From: Alphaproteobacteria bacterium
Lineage (GTDB): Bacteria; Pseudomonadota; Alphaproteobacteria; SP197
Reading direction: 5' to 3'
Length of the DNA stretch: 64,000 bases
Assembly: GCA_965228895.1 (NCBI GenBank)
Contig: OZ245842.1
Location: 1,696,001 to 1,760,000 of the forward strand
The translations under genes and the position numbers were made by a program. The notes under the pieces were generated by a model. It was not told where the DNA came from. It made no database searches and saw only the letters and a program-made list of their open reading frames with translations. Every line of letters begins with the position of its first letter. Position 1 is the stretch's first letter. Of this stretch, positions 8,374-18,308 are shown one piece after another.

Positions 8374-11220
8374 ATGGCGGTCGAGGGACTAGATAGTACG
8401 GCTTTGTCCGGCTCGGTGATGGCACCGTCGCCCCATGTGGTCGACGGCATGGCGCCGGGTGCGTTGGATATGCCGTTCGGCGACATGGCGCTGCGCGCCT
8501 CGTTTGATCGTCAGGGACCCGATCTCGTGATCGAGGGTCTCGACGGCACGCAGGTCGTCATCCAGGACTATTTTGCTACATCCGAACTGCGCGACCTGGT
8601 GTTGGGCGATGGCGCTGGCGTGCTCAAAGGCGCCCTGGTCTCGGCGCTCGCCGGCTCGCCCACCGCCGGCCAGTACGCCCAGGCCGAGACGGCGTCGTTG
8701 ACGTCCGGCGCGATCGGCCAGGTCGAGGCATCGACCGGTGAAGCCTTTGCCATTCGCGCCGACGGCACGCAGGTGACGCTCGAGGTCGGCTCGCCGATCT
8801 ACATGGGCGATGTCCTCGAAACCCCGTCGGACGGCGCCATTGCCGTTCTGTTCGCCGACGGCACGCGGTTCTCGCTCTCTGAAGACGCCCGCATGGTTGT
8901 CGATGAGCTGATCTATGATCCCGGCTCCGACAGCAACGTTGCCTCGTTCTCCCTGGTCCAAGGCCTGTTCGTCCTGGTCTCCGGCGATGTCGTGAAGACC
9001 GGTGACATGACGGTCGAAACACCCGTGGCGACGATCGGCATTCGCGGTACGTCGGCGGCCATCCAGGCGGCAGCCGACGGGCTGCAGAACCTCGTAACGT
9101 TGTTGCAGGACCCCGACGGCGGTGTTGGCCTGGTCGAGGTAGCGACGGCCGTCGGCACGGTGATTTTGAGCGAGATCGGTTCGACGACCACGGTCATGTC
9201 GCTGGATCAGGCGCCGACCCCGGTCGAGATCCTGGGTGGTGCCGATATCGAGGCACTCTACCGCGCCGCGCTCGCCACCATGCAGCTGATCAGCGACGCC
9301 AACCTTGGCGTCAGCGGCAGCGCGGTGAACGAGAGTACGGACACCAACACACCATCCGATGACCCGCCAACGTCCACGTTGACGCAGGCGGATATCACCG
9401 AGAACACGAACCCCGGCGACGGTGGCTCCGAAGCGGGCGAGCCGGCCGACCCCAACGCCGCCGTTCAGGCGTTCGCCGAGGCTGTCGGCGACCTGTTCGA
9501 GGCACTAGCCGAGGAAATCGAAGAGAACGAGACAGCGAACGCCGAAGATGAAACGGCGGATCCCACGCCGACCGGCGCATCAGCTGGTGACGAGATTGCG
9601 GGCGGCACACTGCCAGCCGATAAGAGTCTTCCGGACAAGGCGCGCAGCGATACGCCGGCCGAGGTCGAACCGCAGGTCGAGACGAACGACCAGGGCCTCG
9701 GCAATCCAGACGACGACGGTCCTGCCGACCCGGTCGTGGTCGTTGTTGGCGGAGCAGAGACTTTCTTGCGCGGCACGTTCATCGAGCTTGGCGTCGCGGA
9801 GAACGGCGGTCTCGGCACCACCGGCGCGGCGCCCGACGACTTTGCGGCTGCCGATCAGCTCGGTGGCGCCGGCCTGTCGTTCTACGGCGATGACAGACCT
9901 CTGGCAGGCGATGATGCCACAACCGGTGACGCCTTCTTGCCGGGCATTCCGGTTGAGAACTTCACGATCGCATTCACCGATGGTGCTGGCGACTTTGTCG
10001 GATCCAACCAGGGTGGCGGCCGGGGAACTGACATCGATATGGGTTTCGACGGTACGGCGTCCGGCGGCGGCGTGAGTTCGGTGACGTCGGCGGGCGGCGT
10101 CGATGGTCGCCTCGATGTCAGTCAGACCATAAGCCTGGGCCAGAACGACACGTTCTTCACCACCACGGTAACGCTGACCAATACCGGTGATGGAACGATC
10201 ACCGGTTTGCGCTATATGCGCAACGCCGACCCCGACCAGGACGCCACTGGCGGCGGCACGTTCAACACGCTCAACGATGTTCTCATGAACCCCGACGGGT
10301 TGGATGTGGCGGCGGTCGACGCTCAGGGGCCGACGAGCGATCAGAGCATCTTGCTGCTGGCCGACCAGGGGGCGTTGAACGCGGCCAATGGGTTTGATGA
10401 CGGTACGATTGCGGTGCGCGCGTCGGCCTTCGGTTTTGAGAACCTCGACCCGTTCGATCCCAGAGCCTTCGACACGCCGGCCGACCCGGATGGCCGGTCG
10501 GGCGATCTCGGCATCAACCTGGTCTATGATCTTCCGGATCTCGCACCGGGTGAATCGGTGACGATCTCGTGGGTTACCTCGCTCAATGCGCCCTCCGACG
10601 GTAACGATGTTCTTGCTGTGCGCGGCGACGACGTGGCGGCCGATGGCGGTGACGGCGATGACAGCATCTACGCGTCGCGCGGCGATACGGCTGAACTGCT
10701 GAACGGCGGCGACGGTGACGACCGGTTGTTTGCCAACAGTCAGGGCGACAATGGTGACGTATTGGACGGCGGCGACGGCAATGACGTCCTGTTTAGCAGC
10801 AGTGGCGGCGACACCATGACTGGTGGCAACGGCAGTGACCGATTTGTCTATGACAATGTCGATGACGGGTTTGCCGTTGCCGACAACACCGCGTTCACGG
10901 ACCTGGTCGGTCCGTCGCCCGATGTCATTGTCGACTTCGAAAGCGGGGCCGATACCGTGCAGTTCCTTAGCAGTGCGTTCGGCGGATTGACCGCTGGCGA
11001 ATTGCAGAACGGCATCAACTTCTCTGTCATCAACGATTCCTACGATGGTACGAACGCCGGCGCCAACGTGAATTACGGGCTGGGCGAGGGGTCCTTTATC
11101 TACTCGCTGGCCGATGGCGTGCTGCACTACGACGGCAACGGCGCGGCTGCCGGTTACACAGCGGTTGCCGCGATGGATCAGCCGGCGGCATCCGATATCG
11201 AGATCGTCGCAACGGCCTAG
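8374..11220 (+). CDS. Short paralog of the giant adhesin: BapA-prefix-like N-terminus, FecR/retention-like domain, acidic linker, same head domain, RTX repeats
   Basis: FDRQGPDLVI...VVIQDYF, QYAQA, IGQVEASTGEAFAIRADG...GDVLET, TPVATIGIRGT (FecR motif), GGDGDD repeats; C-terminus GYTAVAAMDQPAASDIEIV is identical to the upstream gene. Confidence 0.85.
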   Translation: MAVEGLDSTALSGSVMAPSPHVVDGMAPGALDMPFGDMALRASFDRQGPDLVIEGLDGTQVVIQDYFATSELRDLVLGDGAGVLKGALVSALAGSPTAGQYAQAETASLTSGAIGQVEASTGEAFAIRADGTQVTLEVGSPIYMGDVLETPSDGAIAVLFADGTRFSLSEDARMVVDELIYDPGSDSNVASFSLVQGLFVLVSGDVVKTGDMTVETPVATIGIRGTSAAIQAAADGLQNLVTLLQDPDGGVGLVEVATAVGTVILSEIGSTTTVMSLDQAPTPVEILGGADIEALYRAALATMQLISDANLGVSGSAVNESTDTNTPSDDPPTSTLTQADITENTNPGDGGSEAGEPADPNAAVQAFAEAVGDLFEALAEEIEENETANAEDETADPTPTGASAGDEIAGGTLPADKSLPDKARSDTPAEVEPQVETNDQGLGNPDDDGPADPVVVVVGGAETFLRGTFIELGVAENGGLGTTGAAPDDFAAADQLGGAGLSFYGDDRPLAGDDATTGDAFLPGIPVENFTIAFTDGAGDFVGSNQGGGRGTDIDMGFDGTASGGGVSSVTSAGGVDGRLDVSQTISLGQNDTFFTTTVTLTNTGDGTITGLRYMRNADPDQDATGGGTFNTLNDVLMNPDGLDVAAVDAQGPTSDQSILLLADQGALNAANGFDDGTIAVRASAFGFENLDPFDPRAFDTPADPDGRSGDLGINLVYDLPDLAPGESVTISWVTSLNAPSDGNDVLAVRGDDVAADGGDGDDSIYASRGDTAELLNGGDGDDRLFANSQGDNGDVLDGGDGNDVLFSSSGGDTMTGGNGSDRFVYDNVDDGFAVADNTAFTDLVGPSPDVIVDFESGADTVQFLSSAFGGLTAGELQNGINFSVINDSYDGTNAGANVNYGLGEGSFIYSLADGVLHYDGNGAAAGYTAVAAMDQPAASDIEIVATA

Positions 11221-11238
11221 ACGGTTCCAAGCCCTCTC

Positions 11239-12687
11239 TTAGACGATCAAGCGCCCGGGATTAAGCAGGTCATCGGGGTCAAGCGCCTGCTTGAGCCGGC
11301 GCATCAGATCGAGCTCGACATCTGACTTGTAGCGCGCCATTTGCCTCAGGCGTAGACGGCCGACGCCGTGCTCGGCACTGAACGAACCATCCATCGCGAC
11401 GACCATGCCTTCGACCGCGTCGTTGATATCGCTTTCGCGCGCGAGAAGGGCGTCGCGCTCGGTCTCGTCACGGGCCGTCAGGTTGAAATGAATGTTGCCG
11501 TCGCCCAGGTGGCCAAACGCGATCAATAAGGCATCCGGCGCCATGCTGTTGATCAATGCCGTGCCGGCTCTCAAGAACTCTGCGACCCGCGAGACCGGTA
11601 CCGCCACATCATGTTTGATGCCGCCGCCGTTCAGCACTTGGGCTTCCGGTACGTTTTCCCTGATTGCCCATAGCGCCTGCGCCTGCGCCTCTGACTCCGC
11701 CATCACGGCATCGATCACCAGCCCGTCGTCCATGGCTTGGGCCAGCACCGCCTCGATCGTCTCGCGCAGGGCATTGCCTTCGCTGCCGGAACTCGCTTCC
11801 ATCAGGACATAGGCGCCATGGTCGCTGGCGAACGGGTTCTTGATCTGTGGCATCAGGGCGAAAACCAGATCGGCGGCGTCGCGAACCAGGTATTCAAAAC
11901 CGGTGATCTGACCGCCGGTCGCTTGCTGCGCATGATGCAGCAGTGTCACCGCTGCTTCCGCATCGCGCACGGCCAACCAGGTCGTGGCAACCGAACGGGG
12001 CCGGGGCCACAGCTTCAGAACCGCGCCGGTGATGATGCCGAGCGTGCCTTCCGAGCCCATGAACAACTGTTTGAGGTCGTAGCCGGTGTTGTCCTTGCGC
12101 AAGGCGCGCATCCCGTCCCATATCCGGCCGTCGGCCAGCACCACCTCAAGGCCAAGCACGTGGTCGCGGGCGTTGCCGAAGCGCAGCACATTGGTGCCGC
12201 CAGCATTGGTCGAGAGGTTGCCGCCGATCCGGCAGCTTCCCTCGGCGGCCAGGCTTAGCGGGTAGAGGCGGTCGGCCTCGGCGGCCGCCGCCTGGATATC
12301 AGCCAGGATGCAGCCGGCGTCGACGGTCATCGTGTTGTTGTCGGCATCGAGCGCACGGATCTGCGTCATGCGGTTAAGGCTCAGTACGATCTGGGTGCCC
12401 GTTGCGTCCGGCACGCTGCCGCCAACAAGGCCGGTGTTACCGGACTGCGGAACGACGGCGACGCCCGCCTCGTGGCAAGCCGCCACGATGGCAGAGACGT
12501 CCTCCGTGCTCGTCGGGCGCAGGACCAGAGGCGTCGCGCCCGGCCAGCGGTGGCGCCAGTCGTTGACATAGGGCTCGGTATCAGCGGCGTCCTCTAGCCA
12601 TCCGTTCGGCCCGACGATGGCCTTAAGAGCGTCGATAAACCCATGGGGCAGGGGCGACGGCGAATCGGTTTCAATGGCTGAAGGCAT
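11239..12687 (-). CDS. FAD-linked 2-hydroxyacid oxidase/dehydrogenase (GlcD / D-2-hydroxyglutarate dehydrogenase family)
   Basis: PQSGNTGLVGG, GGNLSTNAGG, LRKDNTGYDLKQLF, GHLGDGNIH, SAEHGVG. Confidence 0.9.
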   Translation of the reverse strand: MPSAIETDSPSPLPHGFIDALKAIVGPNGWLEDAADTEPYVNDWRHRWPGATPLVLRPTSTEDVSAIVAACHEAGVAVVPQSGNTGLVGGSVPDATGTQIVLSLNRMTQIRALDADNNTMTVDAGCILADIQAAAAEADRLYPLSLAAEGSCRIGGNLSTNAGGTNVLRFGNARDHVLGLEVVLADGRIWDGMRALRKDNTGYDLKQLFMGSEGTLGIITGAVLKLWPRPRSVATTWLAVRDAEAAVTLLHHAQQATGGQITGFEYLVRDAADLVFALMPQIKNPFASDHGAYVLMEASSGSEGNALRETIEAVLAQAMDDGLVIDAVMAESEAQAQALWAIRENVPEAQVLNGGGIKHDVAVPVSRVAEFLRAGTALINSMAPDALLIAFGHLGDGNIHFNLTARDETERDALLARESDINDAVEGMVVAMDGSFSAEHGVGRLRLRQMARYKSDVELDLMRRLKQALDPDDLLNPGRLIV

Positions 12688-12697
12688 GGGCCGAAGC

Positions 12698-13675
12698 TTA
12701 GGCTAGATCGTCGGCCCGGCAAACCGACCCGGCCGCGCCGCGCTGCAGCCGGTCGTTGATCGCCCGGCCCAGGCCGTGATTGGGCACCCGCATGGCGGCA
12801 ATGCGACGTGCACCCGAGTGCTCGAGCGCGTGCAGCATGGCGAAGAGGTTGGCGGCGGCCTCCTTGAGATCGCCCGAAGCACTCAGATTCAGGGTCGTAA
12901 CGGCGCCAGAGAGTGGGTTTGGGCCAAAGGCGAGAAGCGCCTCGTCGGCGTCGACGGTGTGTGCATCAAGGCGCAACGGCACACGCGGCGCATAATGACG
13001 CGCCAGCATGCCGGGGGAGGGGACATGATCACTGTCGGGCTGGGTCGCATCTACGATGTCACCGAAGCGTGCTGCCAGGTCCTCGCATGAGACTGCGCCG
13101 TTGCGCAGCAGGCGTATGGTTTGATCATCGGTGCAGGCGACGACGGTGGACTCGAGCCCGAGGGTGCAGGGGCCGCCATCGATAATCAGGAGGTCCGTTT
13201 GCGGAAGGCCGTCGGCGACGTGCTGGGCCGTCGTAGGACTGAGCCGCCCCGAAGGATTGGCGCTTGGTGCCGCAAGCGGCAGCCCCGCTTTCTCTAAGAG
13301 GGCATGGGCAACCGGATGGGCGGGAACCCTGAGCGCCACTGTTTCGCCTCCCGCGCAGGCGAGATCGCAGACGCCGCCTGACCGGCGTGGCACGACGACG
13401 GAAAGCGGGCCGGGCCAGAACGCGTCGGCAACGGCCCTTGCGGCGGCGTTGAAAGTCCCCAGGTCCTCGGCGGCTGCCAGATCTTTGACATGGACGATCA
13501 GCGGATTGAACGTGGGCCTTGCCTTTGCTTCGAAGATGGCGGCGACCGCCTTGGGGTTGGTGGCGTCACCGCCTAAGCCATAAACCGTCTCGGTCGGGAA
13601 CGCGACCAGACCGCCGCCTTGCAGATGTTCGGCGGCCCGGGCAAGACTGGTTTCATCCGGCGGCAGAATCGGCAT
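12698..13675 (-). CDS. sua5: L-threonylcarbamoyladenylate synthase (Sua5/TsaC2)
   Basis: VAFPTETVYGLG, NPLIVH, AAPSAN, SPGMLARHYAP, AINDRL. Confidence 0.95.
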   Translation of the reverse strand: MPILPPDETSLARAAEHLQGGGLVAFPTETVYGLGGDATNPKAVAAIFEAKARPTFNPLIVHVKDLAAAEDLGTFNAAARAVADAFWPGPLSVVVPRRSGGVCDLACAGGETVALRVPAHPVAHALLEKAGLPLAAPSANPSGRLSPTTAQHVADGLPQTDLLIIDGGPCTLGLESTVVACTDDQTIRLLRNGAVSCEDLAARFGDIVDATQPDSDHVPSPGMLARHYAPRVPLRLDAHTVDADEALLAFGPNPLSGAVTTLNLSASGDLKEAAANLFAMLHALEHSGARRIAAMRVPNHGLGRAINDRLQRGAAGSVCRADDLA

Positions 13676-14440
13676 TCAGTCGGTGCGTCCTCTCACGATG
13701 AAACTGGGATTCTCGAAGCCAGGCTTGCCATAAGCGAGTTCATTGCCGTCGCTGTCGCACACGCTGCCGCCGGCTGCCCGCACCACCGCGTGCCCTGCCG
13801 CGGTGTCCCACTCCATGGTCCGGCCAAAGCGCGGGTAGACATCGGCCGTGCCCTCGGCGACCAGACAGAACTTTAGGGAACTGCCCGCCGATTTCGTGCC
13901 GGCGATGGCGAACTGCGTGAGGTAGGCCTCGGACTTTTCGTCAAGATGCGACCGGCTCACCGCCGCATAAAGCCCTTCATCCGGAGGCTTGCGCGCGCTG
14001 ATCCGCTCGGTCGAGGAGCCGGAGCGCCGGGTCGCCGTGTTGCCGTCGGTCGCATAGAGCAGATCTTTCGCCGGCGCGCCGACCACGCCGATGACCGGGA
14101 TGCCGCCGTCGACCAGTGCGATGTTGACGGTGAACTCACCGTTGCCGCTGATGAACTCCTTGGTGCCGTCCAGCGGATCGACCAGCCAGAACGCCGCGCT
14201 CAGGCTGTCGGGCTGACGGCCGCCGGCAACGCTTTCCTCCGCGACGGCGACAATTTCCGGTGTCAGGGCGGCAAGGCGTTCCAGAATGATGGCCTCCGCC
14301 GCTTCATCGGCGTCGGTGACCGGCGAGGCGTCGGCCTTGGCTCTGATCTCTGCGCAGCCATACTGGCGCATGATCTCAGCGCCGGCCTCGTCCGCCACGG
14401 CGATCAAATCGCCGAGCAGGCCGTTCAAACTCTTGGTCAT
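13676..14440 (-). CDS. cysQ: 3'(2'),5'-bisphosphate nucleotidase CysQ
   Basis: KADASPVTDAD, FWLVDPLDGTKEF, GSSLKFCLVAEG, TMEWDTAAG. Confidence 0.95.
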   Translation of the reverse strand: MTKSLNGLLGDLIAVADEAGAEIMRQYGCAEIRAKADASPVTDADEAAEAIILERLAALTPEIVAVAEESVAGGRQPDSLSAAFWLVDPLDGTKEFISGNGEFTVNIALVDGGIPVIGVVGAPAKDLLYATDGNTATRRSGSSTERISARKPPDEGLYAAVSRSHLDEKSEAYLTQFAIAGTKSAGSSLKFCLVAEGTADVYPRFGRTMEWDTAAGHAVVRAAGGSVCDSDGNELAYGKPGFENPSFIVRGRTD

Positions 14441-14544
14441 CCCATGCTCCGTGCCGCGAGGCGGTCGTCATAGCGGGCCGGAAAGACACTGGCAAGGGCG
14501 AGCCGCCTGTGGTCGTCGGCGTCGTGATTGGTTAGTCTGATGCC

Positions 14545-15816
14545 ATGACTGCGCCAGCTCGTCTTGTGCCCCGTGGGGGAGGCCTGACAGCCTTGTTGCT
14601 GGGCCTGAGCCTCGCCGTTCTGCCGGCGCGGGCGCAAGAAACCGCGGGCGCCGAGCCGCCGGATCTCGAGGCGATGGTCGAAGCCGGTCAGGCCGTCCTT
14701 CTGCCGCTGGGCGATGCGTTCAAAGCGCCGGAACCGGCTGTCGAAACAGTCGTTGAAGAGACTCCGCCTGACGACGGCGAGGCCGATCAGACGGCCAGCG
14801 ATGACGGCGATATTGCTGACGCCACGACGTCTGACGAGCAGGTCGTGGAAGACAGCGCCGCGGAGGTCGCGCCGGGTGAACCGGAGGTCGAGGTCGCGCT
14901 GGAAGAAACAACCGAGGAACTTGAACCGGAAGCAGTTTCCGAGCCTGACGTGGTCACAGAGATCGTTTCGGATCAGGAGGTCATCGACGAGACGATCGAG
15001 GAAATCGCTGAAACCGAAGTCATTGAGACGCCGGAGCCTGATTTCCTGATCGAAGACGAAGTCGAGGAACAAGATGTCGGCGAGGTCGATCCGTCGCCGG
15101 ACCTTGAATCGGAGATCGAGGCGGCTGTTATCGATGAGGAAGGGATTGGAGAAGGGTCTGCCGATACAGGCGGCATCGAAGAGCAGATTACCGAGACGGT
15201 CATCGCCGAGGAAACCGTCATCGATGAGGTGATTGTTGACCCGGAGACCGGCGAGCTGGCGGCCGAGGCCATTGTCATCGAGGAAACGGTAGTCGAAGAG
15301 GTCACCATCGACGAGCCCGTCGTTGCGGAGCCCGCGGCTGAAGAGGTCGCTGCAGAAGAAACTGCGGTTGAGTTCGTTGAGACCGAGGAGCCGGTGACAG
15401 AACAGCCGGTTGAGCACGTCGAACCTGAAACCGAAGAGATCGTCGTTGCCGAGACGGTTGTTGAGACGCCTGATGTAGAGCCCGCGGCAGGCGATCAGCC
15501 GGACACCCTGGTCGGCGCCATGGTGCCGCTGCGCACTGCGGAACTGGGCAATGCCGAATCAATCGGCCCCTACCGCCTGTGGCTAGCCTCATACAAAACC
15601 GTGCGCCAGGCCAAGGAAGGCTGGCAGCAGATTGCGCTCGCCAACCAGGATCTGCTTGCCGACCTCACGCCCATCATTGTCCTTAAGGATTTGGGCCAGG
15701 ACGAAGGTACGTTTTTCCGCCTTCAGGCTGGACCCTTGCAGAGTCAGACCAGCGCATCCGCCCGCTGCACGGCCCTTGTCGACCGCAATGTCTATTGCTC
15801 GGTTCTCGGTCCCTGA
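14545..15816 (+). CDS. Exported SPOR-domain protein with very long Glu-rich linker
   Basis: Signal peptide ending ARA-QE; about 300 aa of E/V/T/P-rich low complexity; C-terminal YRLWLASY...FFRLQAGP...C...C SPOR pattern. Confidence 0.75.
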   Translation: MTAPARLVPRGGGLTALLLGLSLAVLPARAQETAGAEPPDLEAMVEAGQAVLLPLGDAFKAPEPAVETVVEETPPDDGEADQTASDDGDIADATTSDEQVVEDSAAEVAPGEPEVEVALEETTEELEPEAVSEPDVVTEIVSDQEVIDETIEEIAETEVIETPEPDFLIEDEVEEQDVGEVDPSPDLESEIEAAVIDEEGIGEGSADTGGIEEQITETVIAEETVIDEVIVDPETGELAAEAIVIEETVVEEVTIDEPVVAEPAAEEVAAEETAVEFVETEEPVTEQPVEHVEPETEEIVVAETVVETPDVEPAAGDQPDTLVGAMVPLRTAELGNAESIGPYRLWLASYKTVRQAKEGWQQIALANQDLLADLTPIIVLKDLGQDEGTFFRLQAGPLQSQTSASARCTALVDRNVYCSVLGP

Positions 15817-15833
15817 GAGGGCCCGACCGGCGG

Positions 15834-17795
15834 CTAAATCTCGTTTGAGACCTTTAGCCCCTCTAGCACCGCTTCTTCGGCGGTGCGCGGCGCCAGGCAA
15901 TCGCCGATCTCGTGCCATTCACCATCCCAGTCGGCCAACGCGGCGGCCAGGCCGTTGACCGCGGTATGGCCGAGCGATGTCACCACCGTGTCGACCTCGT
16001 CGACGATGATGGGTTCGCCGCTGGTCACGTGCTGAAAATAGGCGCTGGTATCGTCGACACCGAACAACCGGGCATAGGGGATCACCTTGACGCCCAGCGT
16101 GTTCAGGATGCCGGCCCAGTGATCGCGCACATACATCTGGATCGTCTGGCCGGGCATATAGCCGTCAACCGCCAACGTGACGTTGCAGCCGTTGCGCGCG
16201 AGCTGTTCGGCGACACCCATGCCGATCCAGTCGCAGCGCCAGTCGGCGACGACGACGGAGCCGCCGACATTGGCTTCGCCGCGCACCACGGCCCAGGCGT
16301 CAACCAGGTGCGCTTCATCCGCGCCTTCGATGTCGACGGCCCTGGGTTCGGCGCCGGTCGCGATGATGATGGCGTCCGGCTTTTCCTGTTCGACGAGGGC
16401 GCGATCGACCGCCTGGTTACGCACGACCGTAACGCCGGCAAGTTCCATCTCGCGGGTCAGATTGGTGACGATGCCGCCGAATTCGGCGCGCCCCGGCAGC
16501 ATCTGGGCCAACAGGGCCTGGCCGCCCAATTGGGCTGACATTTCGTAGAGTGTGACGTCGTGACCGCGCTCGGCGGCCACGGCCGCGGCCTTCATGCCGC
16601 CCGGGCCGCCGCCGGCAACCATGATTTTTTTCTTTGTTTCTAGAGGTTTGCGCGATCTGTACCGGATCTCGCGCCCAGTCTCCGGATGTTGGATACACGA
16701 GATGCCGACGCCCATATGCATGTGTCCAATGCACGCCTGATTGCAGCCGATGCACGCGCGAATATCGTCGACGCGGCCCGCAAGCGCCTTGTTCGCCATG
16801 CCGGGATCGCAGATCTGGGCGCGCGTCATGCCGATCATGTCGGCCTGGCCGGTGACCAGAACCTCCTCGGCCTGTTGCGGCTGGTTGATGCGCCCGGCGA
16901 CAAAGACCGGCTTGGAGACTTTGTTGCGCACCATCGCGGCGAACGGCGCAACGTATTTGTTCTCGATCCACATGGGCGGCACGATGTGGATCGATCCTCC
17001 AAGCGACGACGATGATCCGGCGATAACATTGAAATAGTCGAGGTCGCCGTCCTGATCGAGCTTAGTGATCGCGTCGACAACCGTGTCGATCTCGAGGCCG
17101 TCATAGGACATCTCGTCGCCGGAGATTCGCATGCCGACGATATAGTCGGGCCCGACCTTGCGGCGGATGTCGGCGGCGATCTCGCGAATGAAGCGCAGGC
17201 GGCCATCCAGATCGCCGCCGTATTCGTCGTCGCGCAGGTTAAGCTTGGGGTTCAAAAACTGCGCCGGCAGGTAGCCGTGGCTTGCCACGATCTCGACGCC
17301 GTCCAGGCCGGCACTCTGCATGCGCGCCGAGGCGTCGCCATAGCCGGCGACGATTTCGCTGATCATGCGTTTGGAAAGCGGGCGCGGCATGACATGGAAC
17401 CGCTCGTTGGGCACGGCCGACGGCGCGTAGGCGACCGGTGCGCTGCCATCGATCGTTTCAAAGTTCTCGCGGCCCGGATGGAAGACCTGGCCGAACACCT
17501 TGCAGCCATGGGCGTGCACAGCGTCCGCCAGTTTGCGGTAGCCGGGGATGCAGCGGTCGTTCATGGCGGAGATCGTGTGCGACGTGTAAACGCCGCTATC
17601 GTGGACCAGGGCGACCTCGGTGATAACCAGGCCCGCGCCGCCGGCCGCCCGCGACTCGTGATAAGCAACGAAGTCGTCGTTGGGCAGGAAGTCCGCACAC
17701 AGCGTCGTCATGTGTCCGGTCGAGAAGATCCGGTTCTTGAACGTGACGCCTTTGATGGTGAGCGGCGAAAACAGGTTGGGAAACATGTCTGACAT
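15834..17795 (-). CDS. NADH:flavin oxidoreductase (Old Yellow Enzyme TIM barrel + 4Fe-4S + FAD domain; DgcA/StcD/FadH-like)
   Basis: SHGYLPAQFL, NLRDDEYGG, CIGCNQAC, AGGGPGG. Confidence 0.9.
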   Translation of the reverse strand: MSDMFPNLFSPLTIKGVTFKNRIFSTGHMTTLCADFLPNDDFVAYHESRAAGGAGLVITEVALVHDSGVYTSHTISAMNDRCIPGYRKLADAVHAHGCKVFGQVFHPGRENFETIDGSAPVAYAPSAVPNERFHVMPRPLSKRMISEIVAGYGDASARMQSAGLDGVEIVASHGYLPAQFLNPKLNLRDDEYGGDLDGRLRFIREIAADIRRKVGPDYIVGMRISGDEMSYDGLEIDTVVDAITKLDQDGDLDYFNVIAGSSSSLGGSIHIVPPMWIENKYVAPFAAMVRNKVSKPVFVAGRINQPQQAEEVLVTGQADMIGMTRAQICDPGMANKALAGRVDDIRACIGCNQACIGHMHMGVGISCIQHPETGREIRYRSRKPLETKKKIMVAGGGPGGMKAAAVAAERGHDVTLYEMSAQLGGQALLAQMLPGRAEFGGIVTNLTREMELAGVTVVRNQAVDRALVEQEKPDAIIIATGAEPRAVDIEGADEAHLVDAWAVVRGEANVGGSVVVADWRCDWIGMGVAEQLARNGCNVTLAVDGYMPGQTIQMYVRDHWAGILNTLGVKVIPYARLFGVDDTSAYFQHVTSGEPIIVDEVDTVVTSLGHTAVNGLAAALADWDGEWHEIGDCLAPRTAEEAVLEGLKVSNEI

Positions 17796-17917
17796 GGCCT
17801 AGACCCGAGGGACTCATAAAGGGAGCGCGAGCTTAGCCAACCCTGGCCTGGAACGCCAAGCGCTGGCGGCATTTTTCCGCCTGGGCTAGGCTTTTGTCCG
17901 TCCATGACATGGGGATT

Positions 17918-18283
17918 ATGACCATGGCAAAACCCGCGACACAGCTTTTCAAACGCAGCGACATGGCGTTCGCCGACTATGGCGGGCCGCCTGGTAAGGC
18001 GACGATCGCCAGATTGGTCGGGCCTGATCTCAGCACCACCATGGGCGCCGGGATCGCCACCTTCGATGGCTGCTCGCTGGAGTGGACCGTGCTTTATGAC
18101 GAGCTGATCGTCGGTATCGAAGGGCTGTTCCGCCTGCGTGTCGGCGACGAGGTGTTCGAGACCGGGCCCGGGGACGTCATTTGGATACCCGAGGGGACCG
18201 CCTTGAAGTACGAGGGCGACGGTGCGACGGTGTTCTACGCACTTCACCCCGTTCAGTGGAAACAAAAGCACGGCCTGGACTAG
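17918..18283 (+). CDS. EutQ-like cupin
   Basis: STTMGAG...LEWTVLYDE...GPGDVIWIPEG...FYALHP; start ATG 17918 or 17924. Confidence 0.75.
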   Translation: MTMAKPATQLFKRSDMAFADYGGPPGKATIARLVGPDLSTTMGAGIATFDGCSLEWTVLYDELIVGIEGLFRLRVGDEVFETGPGDVIWIPEGTALKYEGDGATVFYALHPVQWKQKHGLD

Positions 18284-18308
18284 GCCGGCGGCAGAGGGGA
18301 CCGACACC

